A stretch of 26,285 bases of DNA from Planctomycetales bacterium (GCA_037445915.1 JBBIJQ010000025.1:1-26285), one strand, 5' to 3'. Positions 1 through 9,421 are shown, counted from the first letter of the stretch. The notes: a model not told the origin generated them from the sequence alone. Translations and numbers: made by a program.

Positions 1-1506
1 GTCAATGAGCGTCCCCGCGCCCATGAAGCCTGTTCCCTGTGCCCACTGCAGGCCGATGTACTCATCGTTCCCCTTCAGGTCAATGAGCAAGCCTACGCCC
101 ATGGAACCGCTGCCTTGCGAGTAACGCTGCGTGGACGAGTAGGTGTCGTTGCCACTGACTTCAATCAACACACCGACGGGATGTTTCAGCGAAGTCCCAG
201 ACCCCGCCGTCGTTGTATAGAAGTCATTGCCGCCGAGGTCTATTAGCAGCGCTGGCGCTTCGCCCTGCCGCCATGTTCTTCCCGTGCCTGAAATGATGAG
301 CTTGCCCAACGGCGTTTCGCGAACGAGCAAGTCTGCTTCGGTTAGCTTCGCCGCAAACTCGTTTCGCAGATCCATTTCAAGCGCATTCAAAAACACGCTG
401 TCAGTCAATCGCGCCAATTCCATCTGCGCAAGCATCAGCTCGCGGTAGTTGATTCGCTTCGCCATCTGCACGAGCTTAATGTTGCCTTTCATGCGCGCGC
501 GGTCTTCGTCCTCGTGTATGTAAGTCATCCAGCAAAACACGTCTGCGAGCTGCTCGCGCTGCGTCTCCAAGAACGCCTTCTCTTCGTCCGTGAGATTAGC
601 GAATGCGGCGTAAACATGCGTCGCAGCTCCGTCCAGCACCGCATATAGCTGGTCAAATTGCTGTTCTGCGGTTAGGCCGGTTTTCATCGGAGAATATGCG
701 GCCTTGAAAGGCGCGATGTCTTGCATGTTGCGAACTTCGTCAAGCAGCGCGCTGTAACCGTCAACGCCCCTCAAGGAATAATCCTGCAACGCATCCGTAA
801 TGCCGCGCGTCACCGCTTCGGTCTTCAGGCCGTCGCGCAGGATGTATGTCGTGCGCTTCAGGCGGTAACCATCGTCCGGCGTGGCGCGGTTGTAGAGCCG
901 CATCCACAAATCGTCGCAATCCTTACGTATGCCCAATGCGCCTATCATCTCGTCCATCAGCGCCCGCGCTTGCGGGTTAGTGTCGGTAATACCCGGCAGC
1001 AGCATCTCGTTGGGCGCGAATACGCCTTTGGCCACTTCAGGCCGCTTGCCTAGGATTATCGCCGCAGGGAATGTAGTCGGCATATTGACCGCGTCAAGCG
1101 CGGCGCGCTCGCCTTCCTTCAAGTTACCCACAATCGGCGTAAACTCGCGCAGAGGATCGGATGATATATATGGCGCGCCGTTCAAGGCAATGCTAAGTTG
1201 TGGCCCGGGACGGTAGATCTCAAGCTTAAGCGCATCGCCAACTTGCTTGCCTTTCAGCGCTTCTTGCAGCGCAGGGATGAAGCCTGCGCTGTCGCCCTCC
1301 AGCTTTTCGCCTTCAATCCCGATTATGACATCGCCGGTGCGAAGCCCTAAGCGTTCGGCAGGGGATTCCTGCACGACGTCAATCAAAATGCCCGCAGGTT
1401 CAGCGGATATAGCCATCCGCAGTCCCATGTAAACGCCGTCGGCTGCGATGGCGGCCTGCACAACTAACGTTAATACAACTGCAATGATTAAAACCAACAG
1501 CCTCAT
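1..1506 (-). CDS. Secreted PDZ-domain protein with C-terminal D-x-x-G-N-D-x-Y repeats (partial, runs off the left edge)
   Basis: Absent from the ORF track because no stop lies in the window. ATG at 1506 follows AGGGG. Manual translation gives a signal peptide (MRLLVLIIAVVLTLVVQAAIA), a PDZ-like segment (GILIDVVQESPAERLGLRTGDVIIGIEG) and repeats DLGGNDFY, EVSGNDTY, DLKGNDEY. Confidence 0.8.
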   Translation of the reverse strand, partial: MRLLVLIIAVVLTLVVQAAIAADGVYMGLRMAISAEPAGILIDVVQESPAERLGLRTGDVIIGIEGEKLEGDSAGFIPALQEALKGKQVGDALKLEIYRPGPQLSIALNGAPYISSDPLREFTPIVGNLKEGERAALDAVNMPTTFPAAIILGKRPEVAKGVFAPNEMLLPGITDTNPQARALMDEMIGALGIRKDCDDLWMRLYNRATPDDGYRLKRTTYILRDGLKTEAVTRGITDALQDYSLRGVDGYSALLDEVRNMQDIAPFKAAYSPMKTGLTAEQQFDQLYAVLDGAATHVYAAFANLTDEEKAFLETQREQLADVFCWMTYIHEDEDRARMKGNIKLVQMAKRINYRELMLAQMELARLTDSVFLNALEMDLRNEFAAKLTEADLLVRETPLGKLIISGTGRTWRQGEAPALLIDLGGNDFYTTTAGSGTSLKHPVGVLIEVSGNDTYSSTQRYSQGSGSMGVGLLIDLKGNDEYIGLQWAQGTGFMGAGTLID

Positions 1507-1547
1507 GTCCATCCCCTGTTTCGCAAGTATTGCTTGCCGCAAGCGAG

Positions 1548-2429
1548 TCACTTATTGCCGATTGACACCGACTGCGCCGCTCCATTCCCAAGCTTGGAGT
1601 AATCAAGCTCCGAGCCAAACAAGCTGTGCGGAATCATAAACACCGCAAGCATGACAAACGCCGCCCAAAATGCAGCCCATCGCGCCCGCTTCAAATCCGT
1701 GTTGCCGCGGCGAGCGATTACTGCCAGCGCTATTATCCACGCTATAAGCGCTATCAGCGTCTTGTTATCGGTAAGGTCCCATCCCAGCGGGATGCCTGCC
1801 CACCAAACCCCAAAAGCGTAATGCTGCATTATCGGGCCAAAAACGAACCCGCCTAGAAGCAGGGCTGTGAGCGCCCACCACATGAGCCTTCGCAGTTGGC
1901 CGGTGTCGCGAATAACCTCAAGCCCGACGCGGGCGGCAATGAGCATCGCCGCAAACATGAACAGGACGTGAAGGATAGTAAAAGAAACCGGGACATCGCC
2001 TTTGAAGCGGATGATAGCCGGCGACGCAGGAAACCTCTCCTCGTTGGGGCCGTTGCGCAGGACGATGTAATACTCGAGCTTGCCCGCTGGAGGCTGCGCT
2101 GGAAGATAAGCGGCGAGATACTCGCCTTCGCGCGCCAGCAGTATCGCCTTAGGTGTGTCGCCGGTCTTATAGCGCTTGAAGAAGGCTACGCCGGCGAAGC
2201 CTTCCGGCGCCTTGAACGCTATGCGCGCATCCCTGATAGCCACGTTGGAGCGCAGTAGCTGGTATCGAATCGTTTCCCCGCCAACTTCAACGCTGCCTTT
2301 AAGGGGATAAGTCGGGCCGGTAGTGCGCTGGTAATACGCCAAGAAAAGGGTTATCACCAACGCAAGAACCCAAAACCAAGTGCTGACTGTCTTAATGCGC
2401 CGGTTCGTCCGGCTAATTTCAGTTTCCAT
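1548..2429 (-). CDS. Hypothetical integral membrane protein (N-terminal TM helix, soluble domain, about 4 C-terminal TM helices)
   Basis: Long ORF with hydrophobic segments and conserved-looking motifs TGPTYP, QPPAGKLEY and GWDLTDNKTL. ATG at 2429 chosen because it lies 8 nt after TGcTAGAAT. Confidence 0.8.
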   Translation of the reverse strand: METEISRTNRRIKTVSTWFWVLALVITLFLAYYQRTTGPTYPLKGSVEVGGETIRYQLLRSNVAIRDARIAFKAPEGFAGVAFFKRYKTGDTPKAILLAREGEYLAAYLPAQPPAGKLEYYIVLRNGPNEERFPASPAIIRFKGDVPVSFTILHVLFMFAAMLIAARVGLEVIRDTGQLRRLMWWALTALLLGGFVFGPIMQHYAFGVWWAGIPLGWDLTDNKTLIALIAWIIALAVIARRGNTDLKRARWAAFWAAFVMLAVFMIPHSLFGSELDYSKLGNGAAQSVSIGNK

Positions 2430-2437
2430 GGCGCACA

Positions 2438-2446
2438 ATTCTAGCA
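2438..2446 (-). promoter_or_regulatory. Extended -10 promoter TGcTAGAAT, leaderless-type
   Basis: 8 nt upstream of ATG 2429, with no Shine-Dalgarno sequence. Confidence 0.55.
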
Positions 2447-2487
2447 CTGTCGCGGTTGAGATGCCGGCAAAGCAAGGTGGATAAGGT

Positions 2488-2493
2488 TATAAT
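2488..2493 (+). promoter_or_regulatory. -10 box TATAAT
   Basis: Perfect TATAAT followed by the RBS GGAGGG and ATG 2510. Confidence 0.55.
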
Positions 2494-2509
2494 GCTAACG
2501 GAGGGCACT

Positions 2510-3202
2510 ATGAGAATACTGGCATCTTTGCTGCTGGCCGTAACGCTCGCGGTTCTGCTCGCAACCCCGGCGCTTGCTGATAAGCGCATGCTCACAGAAG
2601 AAGACTACGTTGAGATTCTCGCGCTCGCCGCAACCGTTGAAACCGCGATTGTCGCTAGAGATACGAAGCTACTTCAGGAATGCTGCGACCCTTGGGGCGG
2701 CTTGTGGATTGACGCAGGGCATAGCGGAAGCTATAACCCTGCGCCCGTCATTTACTACGGCTGGGAACAGATACCCGAATTGCTTGACGACGACAGGCTT
2801 TACTTCGTTGGCAGGGCCGACGGCACGGGGCATCCTGTCTATGGGCGGGCTCCTGAGGTTATCTGGGAGGGGACGTGGCAAGTTCATGGCGTCGGCAACG
2901 ATCCTTGCTTAGGCGAACCTGGTGAGTATCCCCGCTCTCTGGGGCGAATCCCATTGCCTGAGATGATTGCGAAATGCGACGGGCGCGAGGTAAACTCGCT
3001 AACTTATCCGCCGGCTAACATCCTATTCCCTTGGCAATACGATTACCATTTCGTCCAGTACTTCTTTGCCGGTGAAGACCGCAACGCCGAAGAGCCTTAC
3101 GACAACCAGTTCTGGTTCCTGCTGTTTGACAGGAGAATGGAACAGGCTGGGCACAAATGGTGTTTAGTCGGCATCGCGCACTTGGACGGCTGGGGGATTT
3201 AG
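2510..3202 (+). CDS. Secreted hypothetical protein
   Basis: GGAGGG RBS; signal peptide MRILASLLLAVTLAVLLATPALA. No family recognised. Confidence 0.75.
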   Translation: MRILASLLLAVTLAVLLATPALADKRMLTEEDYVEILALAATVETAIVARDTKLLQECCDPWGGLWIDAGHSGSYNPAPVIYYGWEQIPELLDDDRLYFVGRADGTGHPVYGRAPEVIWEGTWQVHGVGNDPCLGEPGEYPRSLGRIPLPEMIAKCDGREVNSLTYPPANILFPWQYDYHFVQYFFAGEDRNAEEPYDNQFWFLLFDRRMEQAGHKWCLVGIAHLDGWGI

Positions 3203-3244
3203 CTGCTTTCAGCTTGAGCAGGCTACGGTTCCTGCTTGTTCCCT

Positions 3245-3901
3245 TTAGATTAGCTGGCTGATGATGTCATCGGCTTTAGTAACATGCGCAAATCCGAACG
3301 CAAGGTTCAGCAGGCTAGCCCGGTGCATCTCTTCGCAGACGCTACCCGTCGCGTCCGCAAGGAAAAACACGCGGTAATCACGCATATATGCGTCACGCGC
3401 CGTGGTCTCGCAGCACAGGTTAGTCATTAAGCCTGCTATCACTAGGTCTTCAACTTTATAGCCGCGCAGCACTGTGTCCAGGTCGGTGTTGTAGAAAGAT
3501 GAATAACGGCGCTTTGGTATCACTGGCTCATTGGGCATTGGCGCTAAGTCTTGGTGAATTTCCGACTCCGGGCTGCCTTCAACGCACCTTCCGTCCCACC
3601 ACCAGCCCATTATTCCTGCATCCGAGCCATCTGCGCGGTGCACATGCCGTGTGAATATTACGGGTCGCTTGGCCGACCGGAATGCGCTGATGAGTCGTAT
3701 AACATTGGGCAGGATGGCGAGGCCGCCGCAAGTGAAAGTCGGCGATTGCAAGTTCAGGAAGAACTCCTGCATGTCAACCACAAGCAGCGCCGCCCTGCCA
3801 GCCTCCAGCTTCATAAAGTGCCGGTTAAACGGTTCAATTTCCTTTAGCCAGCGTTGCGTTTTCTCATCCAGCGTTTTTGCCGTTACATACGGTTCCATCA
3901 T
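3245..3901 (-). CDS. Isochorismatase/cysteine hydrolase family protein
   Basis: Asp-Lys-Cys triad motifs LLVVDMQ, PKRRYSSF and GLMTNLCCETTARDA. Confidence 0.92.
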   Translation of the reverse strand: MMEPYVTAKTLDEKTQRWLKEIEPFNRHFMKLEAGRAALLVVDMQEFFLNLQSPTFTCGGLAILPNVIRLISAFRSAKRPVIFTRHVHRADGSDAGIMGWWWDGRCVEGSPESEIHQDLAPMPNEPVIPKRRYSSFYNTDLDTVLRGYKVEDLVIAGLMTNLCCETTARDAYMRDYRVFFLADATGSVCEEMHRASLLNLAFGFAHVTKADDIISQLI

Positions 3902-3931
3902 TCACTTCCCTGCGCGTGAATTATGCCGTGC

Positions 3932-4288
3932 CTACGTCTTTGACCAAAGGCCGAGCTTGTTGCCGAGGCTGTCGCGGAAGTAGCAATAGTAGCCCATCTC
4001 CCCGTCGGCAATGGCGGTTTTTTCAGTAACCCCCTTGCCGCCGTTGGCAGCAATCTTCTCCAACAATGCTGGGATATCCTCGCACTTAAGGTAAATGACA
4101 CACCCGCCATCCCCGGCAGGCAGTTCACTTGTCAAGCCGCCGCCAAGGCCATCTTCACTTGTTGTGAAAATCGCATAGGTGCCGTCGCCCCACAGCTCAA
4201 TCTTCCAGCCGAAAACAGCCTCATAGAAGCGTTTCGCCTCGGCCATATCCGGCGCGGGTATCTCAACGTGGCATATGTCATGGCTCAT
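3932..4288 (-). CDS. VOC/glyoxalase/bleomycin-resistance family protein
   Basis: CHVEIPAPD..AKRFYEAVFGW and YFRDSLGNKLGLW motifs; GGAGG RBS before ATG 4288. Confidence 0.9.
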   Translation of the reverse strand: MSHDICHVEIPAPDMAEAKRFYEAVFGWKIELWGDGTYAIFTTSEDGLGGGLTSELPAGDGGCVIYLKCEDIPALLEKIAANGGKGVTEKTAIADGEMGYYCYFRDSLGNKLGLWSKT

Positions 4289-4530
4289 ATCGCCCTCCTG
4301 AATGCAGTTGTTCATATTATCGCACAGCACGAGTGGCTGCGGCGCGGTAAGCCTGGTGGAGTTTAAATTAATCTAGAAAGGCAAATGGTAACCTACTCAT
4401 GCTTGAACGATTAACGATACTCCGTTCTCTTATCGCAGTGATAGCGCTTGCAGCAAGGCAGCATGCGAGTCAGGCGCGTGAGTGGATGGAGCGTTAGGGG
4501 ATATCCTGCAACGGCAGGCAAGTAAAAAAA

Positions 4531-4648
<118 letters not shown>

Positions 4649-4654
4649 GCAGGG

Positions 4655-4682
4655 ATTATACACTACTTAAAGCCTGTGTCAA
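4655..4682 (-). promoter_or_regulatory. Consensus sigma70 promoter TTGACA-N16-TATAAT driving the 5S rRNA
   Basis: TTGACA at 4682-4677 and TATAAT at 4660-4655; predicted start near 4648. Confidence 0.85.
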
Positions 4683-4713
4683 GCGGTTTGCGGAAACACT
4701 ACCTGAAAGGGCG

Positions 4714-4932
4714 CTAAGCCTCGCCAGGCTTTCCCTTGATTGGCGGGGTTTGCATTGGCTGCTTCTTCGCTTGCGACATCATCGCATTGATAAAGCGCAT
4801 CTTCTCAATCTCCAGCACTGAAACAACGCGCATATCGTTGGTCTTGCCTTCAACTTTGACCTCTACGCTGCCGTCGTTGAAGAACTGAATGTTTATCACG
4901 TAAGAACCTGCTAACTCGCGTTGTTTCGCCAA
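4714..4932 (-). CDS. Small hypothetical protein (72 aa)
   Basis: TTG start after GGAGG, directly downstream of rdgB; sequence begins MAKQRELAGSYVINIQFFNDGSVEVKVEG. Confidence 0.65.
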   Translation of the reverse strand: MAKQRELAGSYVINIQFFNDGSVEVKVEGKTNDMRVVSVLEIEKMRFINAMMSQAKKQPMQTPPIKGKPGEA

Positions 4933-4946
4933 TGCCGTTCCTCCAT

Positions 4947-5555
4947 TTAGCCTGCAAGATACTCGGCGATGAGCTTGAGAGCTTTGGCTCGGTGGCTGAC
5001 GGGCGACTTGCGCTCCAAGCTGCAATCGCCGAAAGTACAGCCGTAAGGCGGGAAGTAGAATATCGGGTCATAGCCGAAGCCGTTGCATCCGCTAGGGCGT
5101 GGGGCAATGATTCCCTTCACCTCGCCCTGCGTCTCTGCGAGGACATCGCCGCCGCGAACGATTGCCATCGCCGAAACAAACCTGGCCCGACGGCTCTCCT
5201 CGTCCAGGCAGCCTGCGTCGCGCAGTCTGGTGAGGACTATCTCTATGCGCTCCGGGTCGGTTGGCGCGATGCGGCTTGAATTCACGCCGGGATAGCCGCC
5301 AAGCGCGAACACTTCCAGCCCTGCATCTTCAGAAAGCACCATAGTCCCGGGTTCTAAGTGCTTGGCCAGCGATAGCGAATAGTAAAGAGCTTTAGCGCGG
5401 GCGTTTTCGGCAAATGTGGTTGCTGGTTCCGGGGGCTCTGGGACTGGCGGAAATTCGTCAAGCTCCAGAATCCTGGCGGAGCCAGCTAACCCGACTATCA
5501 CCTCGCGCAGTTTCCCCTCATTGAGCGTGCCGAATAATACTTTCGGAATATACAA
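4947..5555 (-). CDS. rdgB: Non-canonical purine NTP pyrophosphatase (RdgB/HAM1 family)
   Basis: Motifs NEGKLRE, TFAENARAKA, EDAGLEVFALGGYPGVNSSR, GFGYDPIF and SHR. TTG start after GGAG; TATAAT at 5600-5595. Confidence 0.93.
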   Translation of the reverse strand: MYIPKVLFGTLNEGKLREVIVGLAGSARILELDEFPPVPEPPEPATTFAENARAKALYYSLSLAKHLEPGTMVLSEDAGLEVFALGGYPGVNSSRIAPTDPERIEIVLTRLRDAGCLDEESRRARFVSAMAIVRGGDVLAETQGEVKGIIAPRPSGCNGFGYDPIFYFPPYGCTFGDCSLERKSPVSHRAKALKLIAEYLAG

Positions 5556-5643
5556 GATACACTCCCTATAGCCTAGGAGAGGGCTGGTTGCGCTATTATA
5601 CTCCGCTCTCGTAGCTATGTAAAATTGGCGCCTTGCTTTCAAA

Positions 5644-7005
5644 ATGATGTCGTTACCTAAAACTCGCAGCCTTCTCTACCGGCTCTACCCGCTGAATTGG
5701 ATGCAGCTTGGGCTGATAGATAAGTACACGCTGCATTACTTCAGCATCGGCTCAATACTGGGCGGGTTGTCCGGCGGCCTGTGGACTATCGCAGCCATCG
5801 TCCTGCAGAAGTCACTTGGCGGCTCTAACTTTGAAGTGACTATCTTCTCAATGATTGGCCCCATCACCGCCCTCTTCGCCATTTTTGCGGCTGAATGGAT
5901 GCGCGGCCGCGATAAGCGGAAGTTCATATTCTGGTCAGGGCTGTTCGGGCGGCTGCCGATGGTGCTGATGCTGTTCATTTCCGACAGCGCTGTTTTCATT
6001 TTCCTCGCGTTCCTAAGCTTCATTTGCGGCTCAGTGCTTACTCCAGCGACAAACTCGCTTTTACAGACGAACCTCACCCGCAAGTCGCTGGGCAAGATGT
6101 ACGGCTGGCTTACCGTCCTTGGAACGGTCACGGTGATAGTCGCCACCGTGCTCAGCGGCTATCTTCTGCAATGGGACCCGAACTCCTACCACTGGCTATT
6201 CGCGCTATCGGCGCTGCTTGGAATCGCATCCAGCACCGTCGTCGCCAAGATTCGCCCGCGCAGGACGGCATTCCATCGAGGGCGCACGCTCTACCTCCAC
6301 CACGTTCCGTTTATGCAAGTGCTGCGCACAAGCGTAATTGTTCCGCTGCGTAGCAACGCGGAAATTATGCTGCGCAACAAGGGCTTTGCGCTGTTTGAGC
6401 GCAACTTCTTCCTTTACGGTCTTGCGTTTATGGTCCTGCTCCCCGTCGTGCCGATATTCCTCGTAGAGCGGCTTGACATTGCCTACGACCAGGCAGGGAT
6501 GGCGCTGGGGCTTTTCAGCCAGGTTGGCGTTGTCGTAATGACGCCCATTTTCGCGATAGTCTATGACCGGCTGCATCCTGTATCGTTCTCCCGCTGGATT
6601 TTTTTGCTTTTAGGGTTTTACCCGCTGGTGCTGCTTGCATCCGGCGCGCTGTCAGCGGCGACTGGAACTCACCCAATCCTCTGGGTGTATATCGCATACT
6701 TAATATTCGGCTTTGGCATGTCAGGCCTCAGCTTGTTATGGATGCTCTGTTCTATCCACTTCGCCGGCGACGAAGATGCCACGCCTTACAGCGGGATACA
6801 TACTACCCTGGTCGGGCTGCGTGGAATGGTGGGGCCGCTGCTGGGCTATTTCCTAAACAAGTTTTTGGGGCCTGAATCAGTCTTCATCCTTGGCGCTTTG
6901 CTGTTCTGGCTGGCTGCGTTGCTTATGTGGAAGCTATACGGCGACATCCGCGCCGGCCGCGTTAGCGGCCCTTCCGGCGAAAACGCTTGCCCGACCCCGC
7001 AGTAA
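5644..7005 (+). CDS. MFS transporter
   Basis: About 12 hydrophobic helices in two halves separated by a hydrophilic loop; 453 aa. Confidence 0.8.
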   Translation: MMSLPKTRSLLYRLYPLNWMQLGLIDKYTLHYFSIGSILGGLSGGLWTIAAIVLQKSLGGSNFEVTIFSMIGPITALFAIFAAEWMRGRDKRKFIFWSGLFGRLPMVLMLFISDSAVFIFLAFLSFICGSVLTPATNSLLQTNLTRKSLGKMYGWLTVLGTVTVIVATVLSGYLLQWDPNSYHWLFALSALLGIASSTVVAKIRPRRTAFHRGRTLYLHHVPFMQVLRTSVIVPLRSNAEIMLRNKGFALFERNFFLYGLAFMVLLPVVPIFLVERLDIAYDQAGMALGLFSQVGVVVMTPIFAIVYDRLHPVSFSRWIFLLLGFYPLVLLASGALSAATGTHPILWVYIAYLIFGFGMSGLSLLWMLCSIHFAGDEDATPYSGIHTTLVGLRGMVGPLLGYFLNKFLGPESVFILGALLFWLAALLMWKLYGDIRAGRVSGPSGENACPTPQ

Positions 7006-7020
7006 CGCAGACCGCGCTCC

Positions 7021-7029
7021 TGCTATAAT
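7021..7029 (+). promoter_or_regulatory. Extended -10 promoter TGcTATAAT, leaderless-type
   Basis: 7 nt before ATG 7037, with no Shine-Dalgarno sequence. Confidence 0.7.
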
Positions 7030-7036
7030 CCTGCGC

Positions 7037-8365
7037 ATGCCGAACAAACAGACTTTATACGATTACCTTGAGCGCCTGAAAGGCGCGAACATTGGGGATG
7101 TTGAAATCTACTGCGCGGAAGCCGAGAGCACGCGCGCTTCTGTGCGCAACCGCAAAGTGGAAAACATCCAGCAAAGCCGCAGCAGCGGGATGGGCATCCG
7201 CGCGCTCAAAGAAGGCCGCCTTGCGTTCACGCACACGACCGACCTTTCCCCTGCTGGCATTGATGCCGCCGCGGAGAGCCTTGCCGCCTTCCAGTCAGTT
7301 ACTGAGCCTGACGAGCACAACCACTTCGCCAGCCCCATGCCGCCAGCTGCAAAAGCGCTGGACGCTTCCGACGGCGGCGGCGTGGCCGTGGCAAAGCTCG
7401 CTGCGAATGCGCGCGAAATGGCCGAATACGCGCTGTCGGTGGCATATGTAAATCTTGCGGAAACGCGCACCGACGCGAAGACTTCCCGCGTGAATCTGCT
7501 TAGCACTAAGGGCGTTGACCTGTCGTTTGACAGCACATCTTACGAGGCGCTCACCAAAGCTCACGCGCATAAGGGCGACCTCAAAGAAGTCGCATATTCA
7601 TACGCCGCATCGCGCCATTTCGCGGACCTCTACAGCCCCTGCCGCATCGGCAACGAAGCCGGCGAATGGGCGCGCGACAAGCTTGGCGCGGAAGCCCTTC
7701 CAAGCGGCGAGCGCCCAGTCGTGTTCATGCCGATGGCTGGCGGCAGCATCGTTGAATACCTTGCCGCCGCGCGGAACGGCGAGATGATCAATATGGGCGC
7801 GACCTTTATGGTCGGCAAGCTTGGGGAACAAATCGGGGCCGGGCTTGTGCAACTCATCGAAGACCCGTTGATGAAGCGCAGAGTGGAAACAGCGCTATGG
7901 GACGGCGAAGGAACTCCCACTATGCGCAAGGAAGTCATCACGCAGGGCACGCTCAAGACGTACTTCCACAACCTCAAGTCCGCCGGCAAAGCAGGCGCGA
8001 TTACAACTGCTAATGCCACTCGAGGCGGATACGCTTCGCTGCCTGTTATTGGCAACATGGGATTATTTATGGAAGCGGGCAAGACGCCGGTTGGGCAAAT
8101 CATCAGCGAAATCAGTGATGGGCTGCTTGTTTACATGATGATGGGGCACGGCCCTGACATGTCCACCGGCATGCTCTCAATGGGCGCGTCCGGCTGGCAC
8201 ATCAAGGACGGCAAAGTCGGCAAGCCGGTGAGCAAGGTTACCATCGCAGGCAACATGATTGACCTGTTCAAGAACATAGACGCGGTCGGAGACGACCTTG
8301 ACCTTGCGCGGCCATACCGCACGCCAACATTCCGCGTCTCCAAGATGAGCGTTAGCGGAAGCTAA
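7037..8365 (+). CDS. pmbA: TldD/PmbA family protein, PmbA/TldE-like non-catalytic subunit
   Basis: Motifs GMGIRA, DGEGTP, TANATR, TIAGN and the C-terminal ..PTFRV...VSG. Lacks the HExxGH motif of TldD. Confidence 0.88.
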   Translation: MPNKQTLYDYLERLKGANIGDVEIYCAEAESTRASVRNRKVENIQQSRSSGMGIRALKEGRLAFTHTTDLSPAGIDAAAESLAAFQSVTEPDEHNHFASPMPPAAKALDASDGGGVAVAKLAANAREMAEYALSVAYVNLAETRTDAKTSRVNLLSTKGVDLSFDSTSYEALTKAHAHKGDLKEVAYSYAASRHFADLYSPCRIGNEAGEWARDKLGAEALPSGERPVVFMPMAGGSIVEYLAAARNGEMINMGATFMVGKLGEQIGAGLVQLIEDPLMKRRVETALWDGEGTPTMRKEVITQGTLKTYFHNLKSAGKAGAITTANATRGGYASLPVIGNMGLFMEAGKTPVGQIISEISDGLLVYMMMGHGPDMSTGMLSMGASGWHIKDGKVGKPVSKVTIAGNMIDLFKNIDAVGDDLDLARPYRTPTFRVSKMSVSGS

Positions 8366-8367
8366 TC

Positions 8368-9156
8368 ATGCCGCTCGCGGTCGGCGCAGCGCTTATCGCC
8401 GTCCTCGCGGTGGCAGCTTACGCGCTTGGCATAATCGGCGCATCCGGCGCAATTGCCGGTGCCGCCGTTTCTTTCGCCATACTCGCCTGTGCCGGGCTTT
8501 CCGGCTTCATCGTGCTGCTGGCGTTCTTTCCTGCCGCCACTTACATCGCACACGCTTCCTCTGCTCTAATACGCGCATCGCGCTCTGGAAAACCGCTGCT
8601 TCCTGCGCTGCACCCGCGTTCATCTGCAGGGATACGCCGCGACGGCTGGCAGGTTCTTGCGAATGGAGGAGTCCCCGCGCTACTGGCGATTGCGCATTCC
8701 ATATCCATCGGCACGTTGCCGCTGCAAGCTAATGGCTGGAGCCTTGCCGTAACACCATCGCCTTTCCTTACAGCGATGACAGCCGTGCTCGCATTTGCCG
8801 CATCCGACACTGCATCGCATGAAATCGGCGAGGCCATTGGCGGACGCACATTCTCCCCGCTTAAGCGCAAGCTAGTGCCACCGGGGACGACAGGCGCGGT
8901 TAGTTGGGCTGGAAGCGTGGCCGCACTTGTAGTCATTACCTTTTTCGCCGCCGTTGCAGTAGTCGTTGGAGCGACGCCTGACGCGCTCCAAGTCACCGCT
9001 GTAATCATAGGCGCGGCCGTAGGCAACATCGCAGACACGCTCATCGGCGCATGCGTGGAAACTCGCTCTCACAAATGGGGGAACAACGCGACTAACTTCG
9101 CGGCAGGCATCATCGCCGCCGTCACGGCGGTGCTGTTAAATTCCCTGCTTTCGTGA
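8368..9156 (+). CDS. DUF92 (TMEM19-like) membrane protein
   Basis: Motifs R..WQVLANGG, ASDTASHEIG, VPPGTTGAVSWAGS, DTLIGA and NNATNF. Starts 2 nt after the pmbA stop. Confidence 0.88.
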   Translation: MPLAVGAALIAVLAVAAYALGIIGASGAIAGAAVSFAILACAGLSGFIVLLAFFPAATYIAHASSALIRASRSGKPLLPALHPRSSAGIRRDGWQVLANGGVPALLAIAHSISIGTLPLQANGWSLAVTPSPFLTAMTAVLAFAASDTASHEIGEAIGGRTFSPLKRKLVPPGTTGAVSWAGSVAALVVITFFAAVAVVVGATPDALQVTAVIIGAAVGNIADTLIGACVETRSHKWGNNATNFAAGIIAAVTAVLLNSLLS

Positions 9157-9169
9157 GCATGGCGGCTTA

Positions 9170-9421
9170 CTAGAAGCCTATGCCCCTGCCCTTGCGCTTG
9201 CATTCGGCGCAGAAAATCTGTACGCCTGAAAGCGTCGCGGCGCTGCCGTGTTTCGCGTCGGCGAACCAGCCCCCTTCGGAATAGCTGCCCCTCATTCCCC
9301 AAAAGAGCCGCTGGCCGCACCTGCCGTCATGCCCGTGGCCGTGCTGCAAGCACTCGCACCTGCCTCCTGAACGCTGCCACGCGCCCTGGAGGACGCTTAT
9401 CTTTAGTGAGCCGGATTCCAT
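9170..9421 (-). CDS. Small Cys-rich protein resembling an HNH/ββα zinc-binding domain, with catalytic residues apparently lost
   Basis: AWQRSGGRCEC..HGH..RC...CAEC; GAGGTGG RBS; TATAAT at 9456-9451. Confidence 0.65.
   Translation of the reverse strand: MESGSLKISVLQGAWQRSGGRCECLQHGHGHDGRCGQRLFWGMRGSYSEGGWFADAKHGSAATLSGVQIFCAECKRKGRGIGF

Noticed and set aside
3217-3236. Terminator between the convergent genes at 3202 and 3245
   Set aside because: Only a 6-bp stem (AGCAGG/CCTGCT) with a poor U-tract, too weak to call.
4395-4470. tRNA gene
   Set aside because: No T-loop TTCGA-type consensus, no D-loop GG and no canonical anticodon arm.
6890-7036. Upstream start extensions in the ORF track (6890, 5642, 5025, 4330, 2456, 17329, 17338)
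   Set aside because: They overlap neighbouring genes or promoters; downstream starts have better RBS, -10 or signal-peptide support.
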